64,000 bases of DNA from Mizuhopecten yessoensis. Its lineage: Eukaryota. The notes beneath the pieces are model-generated. The model made no database searches. It was not told the origin of the DNA and worked only from the letters and a program-made list of their open reading frames with translations. The stretch is from positions 186,001 to 250,000 of the forward strand of contig NW_018480074.1 in the NCBI RefSeq assembly GCF_002113885.1, in the 5' to 3' direction. Made by a program: the position numbers and the translations under genes. This document shows, in pieces, positions 1 through 13,599 of this stretch; position 1 is the first letter of the stretch; every line of letters begins with the position of its first letter.

Positions 1-120
1 ATTTTACTCTCTTTCTCCTGGTTTAGCCCTTTGGTTTTTCCTAGAAATATAGTGGGAATGTTGAATTAAGCCTGTATTAATATAAGCCCATTAAGAGGAG
101 TCATTATGTTCACTTCTTAC

Positions 121-3100
121 CTGTAGCTGGAGTCCGGTCCAGCAATGTGGCAAATAGAAACACGTCACCTACGTCGCGTTCGACAAAGACATCTTGGACC
201 CGTATAGGCGAAACACTCATTTTCTCTGCCATGAGTAACCGTGTCTTCAGTTTAAATATATCGGCTGTATCCTGGTTATATAAAGCTGCAGAAAAGATAT
301 AAATGATCAATATTAAAAGTTAAAAAATAAAAGCAAAATTTTATAAATTAAAACTGATATCTTTACGCGGCCTGAACCAGTTACTGTGATGTGCTTACCG
401 TTTGTCTTTAATGGACTAGATAAGCCAGTATAACATTGAAATATAATCACGTTCGTCTAATCTACTGATCAATGCCCTTTTTATTTCAACATTTGACAAA
501 CACAGCAACTTTAACGTTGTTAAAAGTGCCCTAAACGATACCCTGTACCTCAAAATTACAAGTCTCTGCAATATGCAATCTCAAAGAAATGGTATATACA
601 TATTGTATTGTTAATAATAAATAAGTACACTGGTGGTATTGACCAATCAAACCGGTTCATCTTATTCATTGCATCCAAACTATCGCTCATTTTAATATGC
701 AATATCTACATGGAAACAGGTTTAAAAACTTTTCAATATTCAATAACTACATACTTTGGAAGTAATCTTTGTTAGAATTTAATATTCATATACATCCAAA
801 GGAATGGTAACTAATGTTGATTTTCTAACATATAACTTGATTTTAAGCATTGTATTTTAAATACGCACCTGGGAAGCGGATGTTGAATTGAAATTTAGAT
901 TCGGGTGGATAACAGGATGAGATTTGGTATGAGGAGAGGTCTGCATGTTGATTGTCAAAGTCTATAATGTTGTAAACTCGGTAGAAATCAGCCTGTAAGG
1001 ATAAAATGAGTTCTGTTATTGCAATCAGTTATACCAATATATTTACAGTTGCTCAATTGCAATGCATTGAGAAGGCAAATGTTGACAACATTTGCTATTG
1101 TTACGTCATCAATCTCTTGTGACGTCATCAATTTCGTTGATGTCAACACTTAACTTCCTGTTCAAATAACGGTTCGAAATAACTAAATCAAGCGTAACTA
1201 CTCTATCAAAATGTAAATGTATATAATGAATATCTTAGCAAATGTTATTATAGCCCTATAACACACATTTATATTGCTGACAAACTCACATAAAGCCCTG
1301 TCGTGCTTTCTTAAGTTTTTCATGAATATCTAAGTGTGTTATAGGACCATAACAACATTTGCTAAAACATCCATTGCTTAAGTGTGTGTATAATGCTTCT
1401 ACATATTTTCAAATGTGTTTTGACCGCAAAGTCTTTCAAATGATCAGAAACGTTATTGGTAATTTGACATGTAGTATTAAAAAGAAATAACAAATACATA
1501 ATTGCATAATTTAATCAAAATTAGTAGCTAGTGTATTGTCATGCGATTTTAAATAATCTTTTAGTCTTGTGACCCTAAACATAAATGCATGTTCCAGTAC
1601 ATTGACACCTAGATGTTATGGCAAAGAGCATTTGACGTTACATCTATTAATAATAGTACTATAAATATTTCAATATTCATTAGTAATGATCTTAACAAGC
1701 ACGTCCATACCTGACTGTCATCACTGATATGACACACTCATTAAAAAATATATACACCTATCATACATAGGTTAATTATTATGAGTCATGTTAAGCATAT
1801 AAAATATATAATAAAAATTACAAACCGTGCGATGCTTAAGATACATTCAAATCATTGGCACGTCAGAAAGGCGAGGATTTATTACGCTTGCACAGACGGA
1901 AAGTAAACAAGAGTACCGCGAGCTGGAACAATACACGCCCGTCGAATGCCATATAGTGTTATACACTTTCTTACATTGAAATAAGATCTGCATCATGTAA
2001 ATGTAGAAGAAAATATCCGGACAAAAAATCAAATACTGAAATGAACAAAGGGCAATAACTTTTGCAAAAATCGTCGAATCAAAGTTCTTTTAAGGGAGAC
2101 ACAACTTCATTTCATGATTATTTAGCCTACTATGTTTCAAAGAAATCTGTCAAAAAATGTAGGAGAAGATCTCCGGACAAAAAAATCAAGTACTGAAATG
2201 AACAATGGGCGATAACTTTTGGAAAAATCGTCAAATCAAAATTCTTTTAGGGGAGACACAACTTCATATCATGATCATAATGTATACCTAGTTTCAAAGA
2301 GATCAGTCGAAAAATGTAGGAGAAGATTGCCGGACAAACAAAAGTTTACGCCGGACGGACGGACAACCCCATACCATAATACTTCCGTCAAATTTTACGG
2401 GCGTATACAAATGTAAAGCATCGCAAGATAACTATGCCTGATACACATATACTAATAACTTGGAGGTGATCAAGTATACCAAGGTTCAATGCGGCAAACC
2501 GAGAATCAATGTAGTACAAACACACAAGGCACGCAGTTCTTTACCCAACGCTGACACGTTAGGAAATATGAGGAACCTCGAAGACACCAATTAGTATCAA
2601 ATTAGAGCAATAATCTGTATCGTTAACCTTTAGATTCCATTAATAACTCCCGTCTTTCAGAGGTATAGCGTATAGTATTTTTTATATTAATTTTTACTAC
2701 AGTGTGACAATAAATGTACATGTGAATGAGGTAACCTACCCATGGAGTATCGCTGGCAACTGTCAGTCTGATGGGAACAAATTCGTCAGTATTTGTCCCA
2801 TGATTGGGCACATCATACATGCTCCTCTGCCAAAAAAATTGTTTGTGTTATATTGCTAAATATTGTAATTGCTCCCATTAAATGTACAACACATTTGCAG
2901 TTTTTGATGATAAAATTCCATTAACAAACAAACATTCTTGCCTATACAAAACACCTTATTGAAACTTGGAGGTCGTTTTGACGCAAAGTGTTTCCCTTTT
3001 CTTTGAAGATTACTAGTTCAACCACCGAATCATATTTGGTCAAAATTGAACTGGAAAAGACAAGGTAGTTACAAACAGCAAGAAAGTGTATATGGTTGTT

Positions 3101-6100
3101 ATGCAAGAAAGAAACGAGGTACTGACGGCCAGGACGAAAGTGTCAATTGCTGTTATATTAAGGTATAGACTAGTTACTTACAGCCAAAAATAAAACGCTT
3201 CTGGTTGTTCCGGTATAGACTAGGTACTTACAGAGAGGAAGAAAGCTTCAATGGTTGTATTGATAGGCTGATTCTGACCCTCAACGTAAAAATGCGTCAT
3301 TTTGGAGGAGAACACATCACATTGCAAATCGCGACAAGGCCTCTGGAAAAATAAAAGTACTCATTTGTTTTAAAGAATGAAAGTTATCATTCTACAATAA
3401 ATACACATTGAGAAAACTTTCACGACTGTTATCTTCAATATAAGCTAGCCTAATATGACATGTATAATTATTTGATGTGAAAAGTGAATTTATAACACGG
3501 CTCGTTACGTTGAAGGACATATTCTCATCAAGACAATACCACATACCATTGTGCGTAATGATAATGTTCTTCAAATCTGGGATTGGTCTATTTCCGTAAG
3601 TAAATATCATGCTACCTACCAGCACTAGCCATACATACACTCATATATAGTCAAAGAAATGCCTATAACATGTCATAATACATTTTTCCAGTCCACCATG
3701 TGATTCAAAATATATAGTTATCTGAACTAGTTCTAAATATTATCAAGGACCAAAGAAAATGTGGCTGTATTATTATCACGAAATATCGATGCAAGGTGAA
3801 TCTTCGGAGTCAACTCAACCATGACGTATTCCGTCTTTTCGTATTGCAGAGTTATCTGCTCTTGTGAGCAGGTATTGATGGTTACGTCATTAGTTTGTGT
3901 GAAAAAAGTACGTCTTTTTCTCAAAAATTTATGACGTTACTCTCACAAACCAATGACGTAACAATCAATACCGGCTCACAAGAGCAGATAACTCTGCAAT
4001 ACGAAAAGACGCAATAAGACCAAACAATCACGATCAGTTAATTTGTCCACATCACTGTACAAAACCAAACCAGCCAAGAGGGCCAATCTCACACCACAGT
4101 TCTCGCAACATATCTTACATACATTTTAAATTACATATATCGGTACTAGTTTGGCATAACTGGTAAGTAAATGAGGCCTAAAAACACCCGACTGACCTGG
4201 CCTACGAATGTGAAGTTTTTGTTGATAGTGAAGAGCTGAAGGGGATTCTTCATCTGGAGCAGAAAACTACCATTGTTGTGTAGCAGTGTCTGGTTCTCCA
4301 TCGCACCAAATGTGGCGTTGTCTAGTGCCATAATGGTACAGTTCCCCATTATATTATCCTTCATGTATCTCACTCCTACAATACATAAACGCTCTCTCAG
4401 GAAAGTACGACCAGACGTTGGGTAAGATAAATCGATATCAGTTTGTTTTACCTACTGTTTGATTACTGTTAAGTTGCTTATTTTCGCGAGGGATTTAATT
4501 TCGCAATATTCGCGATAATCAAAGATAGCCCGAAATTAAATATCCAGAGAAAATGAATACCATGAATATACGAAGAAAGAGTAGATCTGTTTATCATTTT
4601 ACAGCCGAATTATATGATAAAACACCAATTCAGTCTCGTATTTTAAGTTATTTTGTTTATACACTTGAAGGCTAAATCCAATCACCCAAAAACAAAAACA
4701 AAACAAAAACAATTAAAAAACAAAAACAACAACAAAACTCACGGAAAAACCATGAAATGGAATTTTGTTGCGCGAAATTTCATTCCCAAGAAACTAGTTA
4801 TCATCGAGGCAACCGCAAAATATTAGCCCTGCGAAATTAAACAACTATACAGTAATTCATTCCGTAAACCATCATGATTTCAAATACTTTAATATCATAT
4901 TATCAATCTCGTTAAAACAGGGATTCTTGAACAATTCAGGGAAAACATAAATAATTGGTAAAATGGCTTTTAGATACACGATCATGTAAGCAGCCTTCAT
5001 GTAACTACAAGCGTAACTATATTTACTGGTAATAAAACTCTTAGATTCGGGATATCTTTTCAAAATTGTTATTAACGGAAATATCAAATAATTGTCTAAA
5101 ACATGTTATATGATATACTATATGTTCTGACGTTGTCATATGACGTCATTTTAAAGCCTGCATAACGTACATAAATATATATATAATATACACTACGCTT
5201 CATCTATGCATTACGGGTCAACCTTTCCCACAAGTATACAATAATGGTATGCAGAATTATATGTAACATGCTGGCAACTACACCAACTGACAGTTAAACA
5301 ACGTTACTTTATATATATATTTCGCACGGTACCTCCGTTGAAGTCATCTATCTGTGTGATGGGGTTGACGTTGTAGAACGGTGGACCTGGTCTGAGAGGA
5401 CGGTAGTCTAACCTCACCAGTCGGTAAGCCTCGTCATACCACACCTGTTTTACAATGCTAACAATTAATTATATTCTTCTACATCTATATACCTCTTGAT
5501 TTCCTTGTCCAGGGAGTTAGTCTTCTATAATACAGAAACTAAAACATCCTTGCAGACTAACTCCCTCGGCAGTTTCCGTCTCCCTCGGCAGTTTCCGTGA
5601 ATTTCTCAAGGAAATAACCGAGTAAATAGGTTAAAAGATAGGCGGAGTTTGACCCCTCCATGTTGATATCGATCGCGAGACTCCGGATTTAGCAAGTGTC
5701 TGCTTTCCCTTTACAAGGTCTATTTTCCTCGGCCTCGCCAAAAACATTGATAAAATACCTCAAGCCAATGGAACGAGATGACTATGGTAAACTGGATAAG
5801 CAATTATACGAATATTTCCGCAGTTCATTTTGGTTGAACGGTTCTTATATTGAAAAATATGAACACGCATGGTTTGTTTTCAAGTTTAATAATAATCAAG
5901 TTTAAAACTCATATTGCGCCAAAAAGCCTTTTAATGTTAAAATGTTGTGATAACTAACTGAATAAATCGCGATAAAATAAAAGACTTTATAACAAATGCG
6001 GTTTAATGAAAACATAAATTTATGGGACAAGACTTATTAATGATGGTATCCATACAATTGTCTAGTTTTGTACTTGTTCCACAATTACTTACATCGACAG

Positions 6101-9100
6101 AGGTCACGAAACCATCTTCAGGGGAGACAACCTCCTGTCTGTAGTAGAACTGCTTTGGTAGGGCAGGCATAGCCTGGCCCTTCTGACGGCCAGAACATAT
6201 CACTCCTGGTGGTGTCTGGCGAGAAAGAAGAGGTTCAGTATCCCATATTCATAAATAATGGCAAATACAACAATTTCGAGAGAAAAAAAATCACAGCAAG
6301 CACCGTAAATATTTCGTACAGAATGAGATAACGAATGTTCTATACTTCGGGTCCGAACCCCTACAGCTTACTTTTGTTCGCATTGCACGTGTTTACTATG
6401 AATGTATAATTAGCTGTTTCATCAGAAATAAGACCATATCAGGTTAGAGCCAGCCACTATGATAAATGCCGTTTGTTGTTTTTTATTGACATTTCAAAGC
6501 GATTAAATCAGCTTCGAGATAAAGAAGAAAGATTGTGTAACACACAATATCCAGATACATAAGTCTATATATCTCTGTGGTCATTGTTGTTACCTCAAAC
6601 TGTTGATTATCCCCAGCAAATGGTTTAAATGCATAGAAGTCGTAGACATGATGAAAGTTCTGAGCTCCACCAGGCTTGTTCATGACGCCTTTAGCATCTG
6701 CTCGAACAGGTACACTCAAAAATTCGGATGATGTGTGCCAAATGGAATCTACAACAAAATGGATCAGATTGTGACGGATTCATCGTTCATCGTTCCTTCT
6801 TCTGTTTCTTACTGAACATTAAGTTTCTCTTTTTGTACCAGATAAATGGAAGCTGAGATTAGCCTACTTACATACCAAAAGGAGTTACCGTGACCTACTT
6901 AATTAAGGAATTTAATGGTGACATATTTACATGAAAATACCATTAAATGTTACCCTATATACCAGTAAAAATAACAGCAAACACTGACCTACTGGTGGTG
7001 AGTAAAGTGTGTCGCCCTTGCCTCATTCGTTTTAATCAGTGTGACCTACTTTTCTGCATACTATTAGACAAGGTTAACCTGCTATATCTTTTTCTTTTAA
7101 TTGGGGTTTCACGTCCTGGCAACAGTCATGGTAATTTGACGGAAAGACAGTAGATAGGAAAGACAGAGTAAAGGTAGTTATAGTCGACATGTTAACCTTA
7201 TTAATAGAAGTTACTTTTGACCTCCTCACCTTAGTGTGAGCTAATTTAACAATTTAAAAACCCTATTGATAAGACAAGCATACCCACATAAATGCATCCC
7301 AAGATAAATATGAAATTTATTTATGTCCTACTTCCCTCAGAAATACTTGTCGAGAGTGACCTACTTACCCTAGTTGTAGTCGTCAAGTATGACCTACTTT
7401 TCTTATTTATGGTCGTCAAGGGTGACCTACTTATCTTAGTTATAGTCTTCGAGTGTGACCTACTTCCTTTAGTCATTGTAGTAGGAGATGACCTATAACT
7501 TACCTCAGTAATAGGTGTCAGGTGTTACCTATTTACATTAGTCATAGTAGTAGAAGATGACATATATATCATCACAAAGTGACCTACTTACGTTAGTAAT
7601 GGAACCCGTGAGTGACCTACATACATGATAAGACAATGTGGTAGGAAACCTTTTAACTTTACCAGAGAAGTAGTAGTCGACGGTGAAGTTGGCGTCTTTC
7701 CTGGCCCAGTACAGACAGGCTTGCCAGTGGTTTACACTGATTCCCCGGATTACATCTTTACCAATATATCTCTGCGGACATAACAACAATAATGTTTAAT
7801 ACACAATTTCACAGTAAAATAACGTTTTAATAAGTTGAGGACTATTTGACATGTGTTTTTGTTTTGTATTTCATTATTGCGTTATATTTTCATTTCCACT
7901 GGAGGTTCCTCAACAAGCATTACCATAAGAAATTAACTATGAACTATGTATGATTCTAGTATTATCAAATTTTGTGGTGACAACTAGTTTGACTCGCTAA
8001 CCAGAAGGTAGTTTGGGTAGATACGTGTTTCTATCATCAGTGATGATTGTAATTACCTCCCTTTATCTCTCATAAATCTGAAGGTGGTGTCAGATATGTC
8101 TTCATCATTATTAATGTTTGTGATTACCTTCCCATATACCTTCAATATCAAGGCACTATAGCGGAACAGGTGTATCTATCACAACCCATACGAGGGCAAT
8201 GTAACTGGTTATTACTGATATCATTATACATTTATAAGATTATTTTTAATTAACTTTATATGTTTTACAATAATCATTAAACAATTTATAAAAACTTATA
8301 TCAATCACTCTTACTGGTCCTTGTTTAAGCGCGCTGGTGGTCTTAAGGTGGGAGTAAATCGGAATTCCCGAAGAATGCCCACATGGTCGGGCAGATGTCC
8401 CAAATAACACTACGAGTCCGCTCGGGGGATTGAATCCCGACCGTCTTAGTGAAAGGCAAGTGCGCTATCCGCTGCGCCACCAGACCACCATATTTCTGAC
8501 CGACAGTAATTTCTCTCAAGAGTTCTCATTTAGTTACCTCTCCATATGATTGTCCAAACTTGAGGGCGGTGTTACTGGTCATTATATGTTTATATCCATC
8601 CGAGTCTTCCACACCAAACAGGTCGGAATACATGCTGTCCGACAATATGGACAGTTGGCAGACACCATCTGAGTGAGAGAAAAACAATCAAATTATTAAA
8701 AATATCAGCAATTTTGGAGAAACACGTTTATTGGCGAGATATGTGTTCATGCTATCTAATGTAAAAGTATTTATATTGAAATTCAACAACACGAAAATAT
8801 GTCATTTAAGTGTATTTGCTGTATGGATAGCATATCTTACTAATTCTATTCATTCTGTTATTACGTTTCATCAGCTATTTGGTGATGGTTCAGTGTGAAA
8901 TAAGTTTAAATAAATGTGATTTATCTACGGTATAGTCTATAAAACACCTTTCATCATTTCTGTTATGTTGAGTAAGTGATTAAGATTATTTTTTATGTTG
9001 AACACGCATTTACGTGTACAGGCTGGGATGCAGTCTATTACCTTTGCGATTCTTTTACTTTGGCTATCTTATGTCTTGACAACAAAATAACCTAATTCTG

Positions 9101-12100
9101 ATAACACCTTACTTGTGATGTAGTACAGTTCGTTGGATTCGTAGTTAAATATAACGCGGGTCTCTGTTCCTTCGCTATAGGTGACAAGCGTCGCCCTGTT
9201 GCCCGTGTTATCGAAGTACTCCACGACGTCCTTGGTTGTGTTGAGCTCCATCAGGTTCACCTCGAGGTTTGTCTGGAAGCTGTCAGGTAGCTGTGGTAGA
9301 CTTGGGCCATTACCTTGGACACCTGATGATAACAGATAAGGGTGAAACGCCCTAAAATCGTAAACTGGTCAACATAGCACTGTTATGAAAGTCAACTACC
9401 TTACTTATGATTGCCAACTGGTCAGCACATCATACTGCAGACCTAAAAACGTCAACTGGTCAATACAGCATACTGTAGAACTAAAAACGTCAACTGGTCA
9501 ACACAGCATACAGTCGACATATAAACGTCAACTGGTCAAAATAGCATACTGAAGACCTAAACACGTCAACTGGTCAATACTGCATGCTGCAGACCTAAAA
9601 AAGTCAAGTGGTCAACACAGCATCCTAGAAGACCTAAAAACGTCAACTGGTCAATACAGCATACTGTAGACCTAAACACGTCAACTGGTCAATACAGCAT
9701 GCTGCAGACCTAAAAAAGTCAAGTGGTCAACACAGCATCCTAGAAGACCTAAAAACGTCAACTGGTCAATAGAGCATACAGTCGAAATATAAACGTCCAC
9801 TGGTCAACAAAGCACTAAAATGATAGTCAACTACCTAACTAATGATGGCCGATTGGTCAACACAGCATACTGCAGACCTAAAAACATCAACTGGTCAATA
9901 CAGCATACCGTCGACCTAATAACGTCCACTGGTCAACAAAGCACTGAAATGATATTCAACTACCGAACTTATGATGGCCGACTGGTAAAACAGCATACTG
10001 CAGACCTAACAATATGAAGTGGTCAATACAGCATTCAGTCGACCTAATAACGTCCCCTGGTCAACAAAGCACTTAAATGATATTCAACTACCGAACTTAT
10101 GATGGCCGACTAGTAAAACAGCATACTGCATACCTAAAAACGTCAACTGTTCAACACAGCATACAGCCGACATCATAACTCCAACAAAAAACGTCAACTG
10201 GTCCACACAGCATACAGTCGAACTATAAACGTCCACTGGTTAACAAAGCACTGAAATGATATTCAACTACCCTGGTCAACAAAGCAATGAAATGAAAGTC
10301 AACTACCTTTCTTATGATTGCCAACTGGTCAACGCATCATACTGCAGACCTAACAATATGAAGTGGTCAATACAGCATGCTGCAGACCTAAAAAAGTCAA
10401 GTGGTCAACACAGCATACAGTCGAACTATAAACGTCCACTGGCCAACAAAGCACTGAAATGATGTTCAACTACCTAACTTATGATGGCCGACTAGTAAAA
10501 CAGCATACTGTAGACCTAAAACCATCAACTGGTCAATAAAGCATACAGTCGACCCATAAACGTCCACTGGTTAACAAAGCACTGAAATGAAAGTCAACTA
10601 CCTTTCTTATGATTGCCAACTGGTCAACACAGCATACTAGAAGACCTAAAAACGCCAACTGGTCAAAATAGCCTACTGTAGACCTAAAAACGTCAACTGG
10701 TCCACACAGCATACAGTCGATATATAAACGTCCCCTGGTCAACAAAGCACAGAAATGATATTCAACTACCCAACTTATGATGGCCGACTGTTAAAACAGC
10801 ATACTGTAGACCTAAAAACGTCTACTGGTCAATACAGCCTTCAGTCGCCCTATAAACGTCCACTGGCCAACAAAGCACTGAAATGATGTTCAACTACCTA
10901 ACTTACGATGGCCGACTGGTAAACCAGCATACTGCAGACCAAAAAACATCAACTGGTGAATACAGCATACAGTCGAACTATAAACGTCCACTGGTCAACG
11001 AAGCACTTGAATAATAGTCAACTACCTAACTAATGATGGCCAACTGGTCAACACAGCATACAGTCGATATACAAACGTCCACTGGTCAACGAAGCACTTG
11101 AATAATAGTCAACTACCTAACTAATGACGGCGTCTTGGTCAACACAGCATACTCCAGACCTAAAAACATCAAAGGGGCAATTTAGCATACAGTCGACCTA
11201 AAAACGTCCACTGGTCAACGAAGCACTTGAATAATAGTCAACTACCTAACTAATGATGGCGTATTGGTCTACACAGCATACTGCAGACCTTAATGATGGC
11301 GTATTGGTCAACACAGCATACTAGAAGACCTAAAAACGCCAACTGGTCAAAATAGCCTACTGTAGACCTAAAACCATCAACTGGTCAATACTGCATGCTG
11401 CAGACCTAAAAAAGTCAAGTGGTCACCACAGCATACTGAAGACCTAATAACGTCCCCTGGTCAACAAAGCACCGAAATGATATTCAACTACCCTGGTCAA
11501 CAAAGCACTAAAATGATAGTCAACTACCACAGCATACCGTCGACCTAATAACGTCCACTGGTCAATACAGCATACAGTCGACCTAATAACGTCCACTGGT
11601 CAACAAAGCACTGAAATGATAGGCAACTACCTAACTAATGATGGCCTAATGGTAAAACAGCATACTGCAGACCTAAAAAAATAGCATACTGTAGACCTAA
11701 AAACGTCAACTGGTCAATACACAATACTGTAGACCTAAAAACGTCAACTGGTCAATACACAATACTGTAGACCTAAAAACGTCAACTGGTCAATCCAGCA
11801 TACAGTCGATATATAAACGTCAACTGGTCAACAAAGCACTAAAATGATAGTCAACTACCTAACTAATGCTGGCCTACTGGTAAAACAGCATACTGCAGCC
11901 CTAAAAACGTCCACTGGTCAACAAAGCACAGAAATGATATTCAACTACCTAACTTACGATGGCCGACTGGTAAAACAGCATACTGCAGCCCTAAAAACGT
12001 CCACTGGTCAACAAAGCACCGAAATGATAGTCAACTACCTAACTAATGACGGCGTATTGGTCACCACAGCATACTGCAGACCTAAAAAGATCAACTGGTC

Positions 12101-13148
12101 AATACAGCATACAGCCGACCTATAAACGTCCACTGGTCAACAAAGCCCTGAAATGATAATAACTACCAAACTAACGATGGCCAACTGGTCAATACAGCAT
12201 ACTGCAGACCTAAACACGTCAACTGGTCAATACAGCATACTGTAGACCTAAAAACGTCAACTGGTCAATCCAGCATACAGTCGATATATAAACGTCAACT
12301 GGTCAACAAAGCACTAAAATGATAGTCAACTACCTAACTAATGATGGCCTACTGGTAAAACAGCATACTGCAGACCTAAAAACGTCCACTGGTCAACAAA
12401 GCACTGAAATGATAATAACTACCAAACTAATGATGGCCAACTGGTCAATACAGCATACTGCAGACCTAAACACGTCAACTGGTCAACATAACACTAACAT
12501 AACAGTCCACTACCTAACTTATAACGGTCAACTGGTCAACACAGCATACAGCCGACCTAAAAAAGTCAACTTGTCAACATAGTACTAACATAACAGTCCA
12601 CTTCCTACCTTATAACGGTCAATTGGTCAACACAGCATACAGCCGCCAAAAACAACGTCAACTCTTCAACATAGCACCAACATGATAGTCAACTTCCTAA
12701 TTAATGAAGGTCAATTGACCAAAAACACACAGCCGACCTGGAAATGTCAGCTGGTCAATATAGACCTAGAATGACGACCAACTACCAAACTAGTGACGAT
12801 CAACTGGCCAACACAGCATACAGCCGACATCATAACTCCAACTGGTCAGTGCAGAATTAAGAAACCGTCCTCTTTAATTAATACATTTCAGCTTGTAAAC
12901 ATATAAATAACACGGCAACCAGCTACTTAATAAAGGGCAATTATTCAATAATGAGATTGATATTCGAAATTAATTTCATTTGGAAGAAAAAGTTGAATCT
13001 TACTTGCGTGTGTTGTCAATTCATTAAATGAATCACAGTGATGTCCCTGCTGCTGAAACCTCGCGGACACCAGGACGGACGCCAATACAAAGACGGACAA
13101 CCACTGTAAAATGGAAGAGTGATGGAGAAATAGAACAGAAATGACCAT
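121..13148 (-). CDS. Multi-exon secreted or membrane glycoprotein with tandem ependymin-related (LolA/EPDR-fold) domains; 3' end lies beyond the left edge
   Basis: Twelve GT-AG-bounded exons with continuous phases: 13004-13148, 9113-9322, 8538-8668, 7663-7771, 6594-6748, 6093-6215, 5333-5444, 4197-4375, 3232-3342, 2740-2826, 869-992, 121-285 (1651 nt, 550 codons, no stop). N-terminal signal peptide (MVISVLFLHHSSILQWLSVFVLASVLVSA). Domain 1: PQLPDSF..EYFDNTGNR..FNYESNELYYITNGVC..YIGKDVIRGISVNHW..VPVR..YDFYAF..FETPPGVIC. Domain 2: PALPKQF..WYDEAYRLVRLD..DFNGGVRY..GNC..FVGQRPCRDLQCDVF..VPIRL..YNIIDFD..ISSC. Several N-glycosylation sequons. Family assignment is by motif recognition, not database search. 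Confidence 0.85.
1228..1373. repeat. Imperfect palindrome (hairpin-type non-autonomous element) in an intron
   Basis: gaatatcttagcaaatgttattatagccctataacacac is the imperfect reverse complement of gtgtgttataggaccataacaacatttgctaaaacatcc. Confidence 0.7.
1906..2411 (+). mobile_element. Helentron-associated/pearl-like non-autonomous element (HINE type)
   Basis: Starts AACAAGAG; subterminal inverted repeat acgcccgt/acgggcgt; ~157-bp internal tandem units (ccggacaaa at ~2017, ~2173, ~2331); (GGAC)n microsatellite; 3' stem-loop. This architecture is typical of mollusc HINE/pearl elements. Confidence 0.75.
3827..4016. mobile_element. ~190-bp foldback/MITE-like palindrome
   Basis: cgtcttttcgtattgcagagttatctgctcttgtgagcaggtattgat...gttacgtcatt pairs with aatgacgtaac...atcaataccggctcacaagagcagataactctgcaatacgaaaagacg. 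Confidence 0.75.
4464..4854. mobile_element. TA-flanked MITE (Tc1/mariner-like non-autonomous element)
   Basis: Left end tactgttaagttgcttattttcgcgaggg; reverse complement of right end tactgtatagttgtttaatttcgcaggg; TA at both termini. Confidence 0.7.
5494..5622. repeat. Nested inverted repeats with a 19-bp direct duplication
   Basis: atttccttg/caaggaaat and gggagttagtct/agactaactccc pair; ctccctcggcagtttccgt is repeated in tandem. Confidence 0.55.
6860..7650. repeat. Degenerate ~39-bp tandem repeat in intron 4 of the ependymin-like gene
   Basis: Recurring gtgacctactt...tagt..tagtc units, regularly spaced at about 39 bp across 7357-7530. Confidence 0.6.
8313..8489 (-). mobile_element. tRNA-derived SINE (V-SINE-like core)
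   Basis: Minus strand GGTGGTCTGGTGGCGCAGCGGATAGCGCAC (A box), GGGATTCAATCCCC (B box), then GGGCATTCTTCGGGAATTCCGATTTACTCCCAC, which resembles the V-domain consensus. A related copy lies at 62921-63056. Confidence 0.7.
9360..12850. repeat. Compound minisatellite of two related monomers (~38 bp and ~53 bp) filling intron 1
   Basis: Unit A: aactggtcaatacagcatactgtagacctaaaaacgtc. Unit B: cactggtcaacaaagcactgaaatgatattcaactacctaacttatgatggcc. The two are interleaved irregularly over 3.5 kb. Confidence 0.95.
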
Positions 13149-13599
13149 GCACTATAACTAGAAGGGAAGAGTAAAGTTCGTCAGTTCATAGTTACGGCGA
13201 CCGGTCCTGCGCTAAATATGAAATCTAAACACGGGTATAATTGTTGGTTTGTCTCGGGGGATTTGTATTGTGATGCTTAATAATGTTAAATGTATAAGTA
13301 CTTTCTAGCCTTGGTGACACAATTCCTATCAGAGACCAACTGATATATTAGTGGTATCATTGTGTTATCTTTTTATGTGGTGAGTATATATTTGTGAATG
13401 AGTATATGTATCATGTATACTAGAAATCAATACATCAGTAACCTCATGAGTATAATCATCACGCATATTTATGTTATATGAGATGTGTATGTTCACATAC
13501 AGTAAATGAGTGTCGTATGTGTATGTGCATATTAAGTAGGTTATTTTTCGTAATTGAGTAAATGTGTATGTTCACATGACGTCACTAAGATGTGTAAGC

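Noticed and set aside
8410-8489. tRNA gene
   Set aside because: A and B boxes are present, but there is no convincing acceptor stem and the sequence runs into a SINE core; treated as a SINE head.
9820-12582. Repetitive ORFs (TSTGQQSTEMI...) and a CRISPR-like appearance
   Set aside because: Intronic minisatellite with frequent frameshifts; segments between the shared heads are themselves repeats rather than unique spacers; eukaryotic context with no cas genes.
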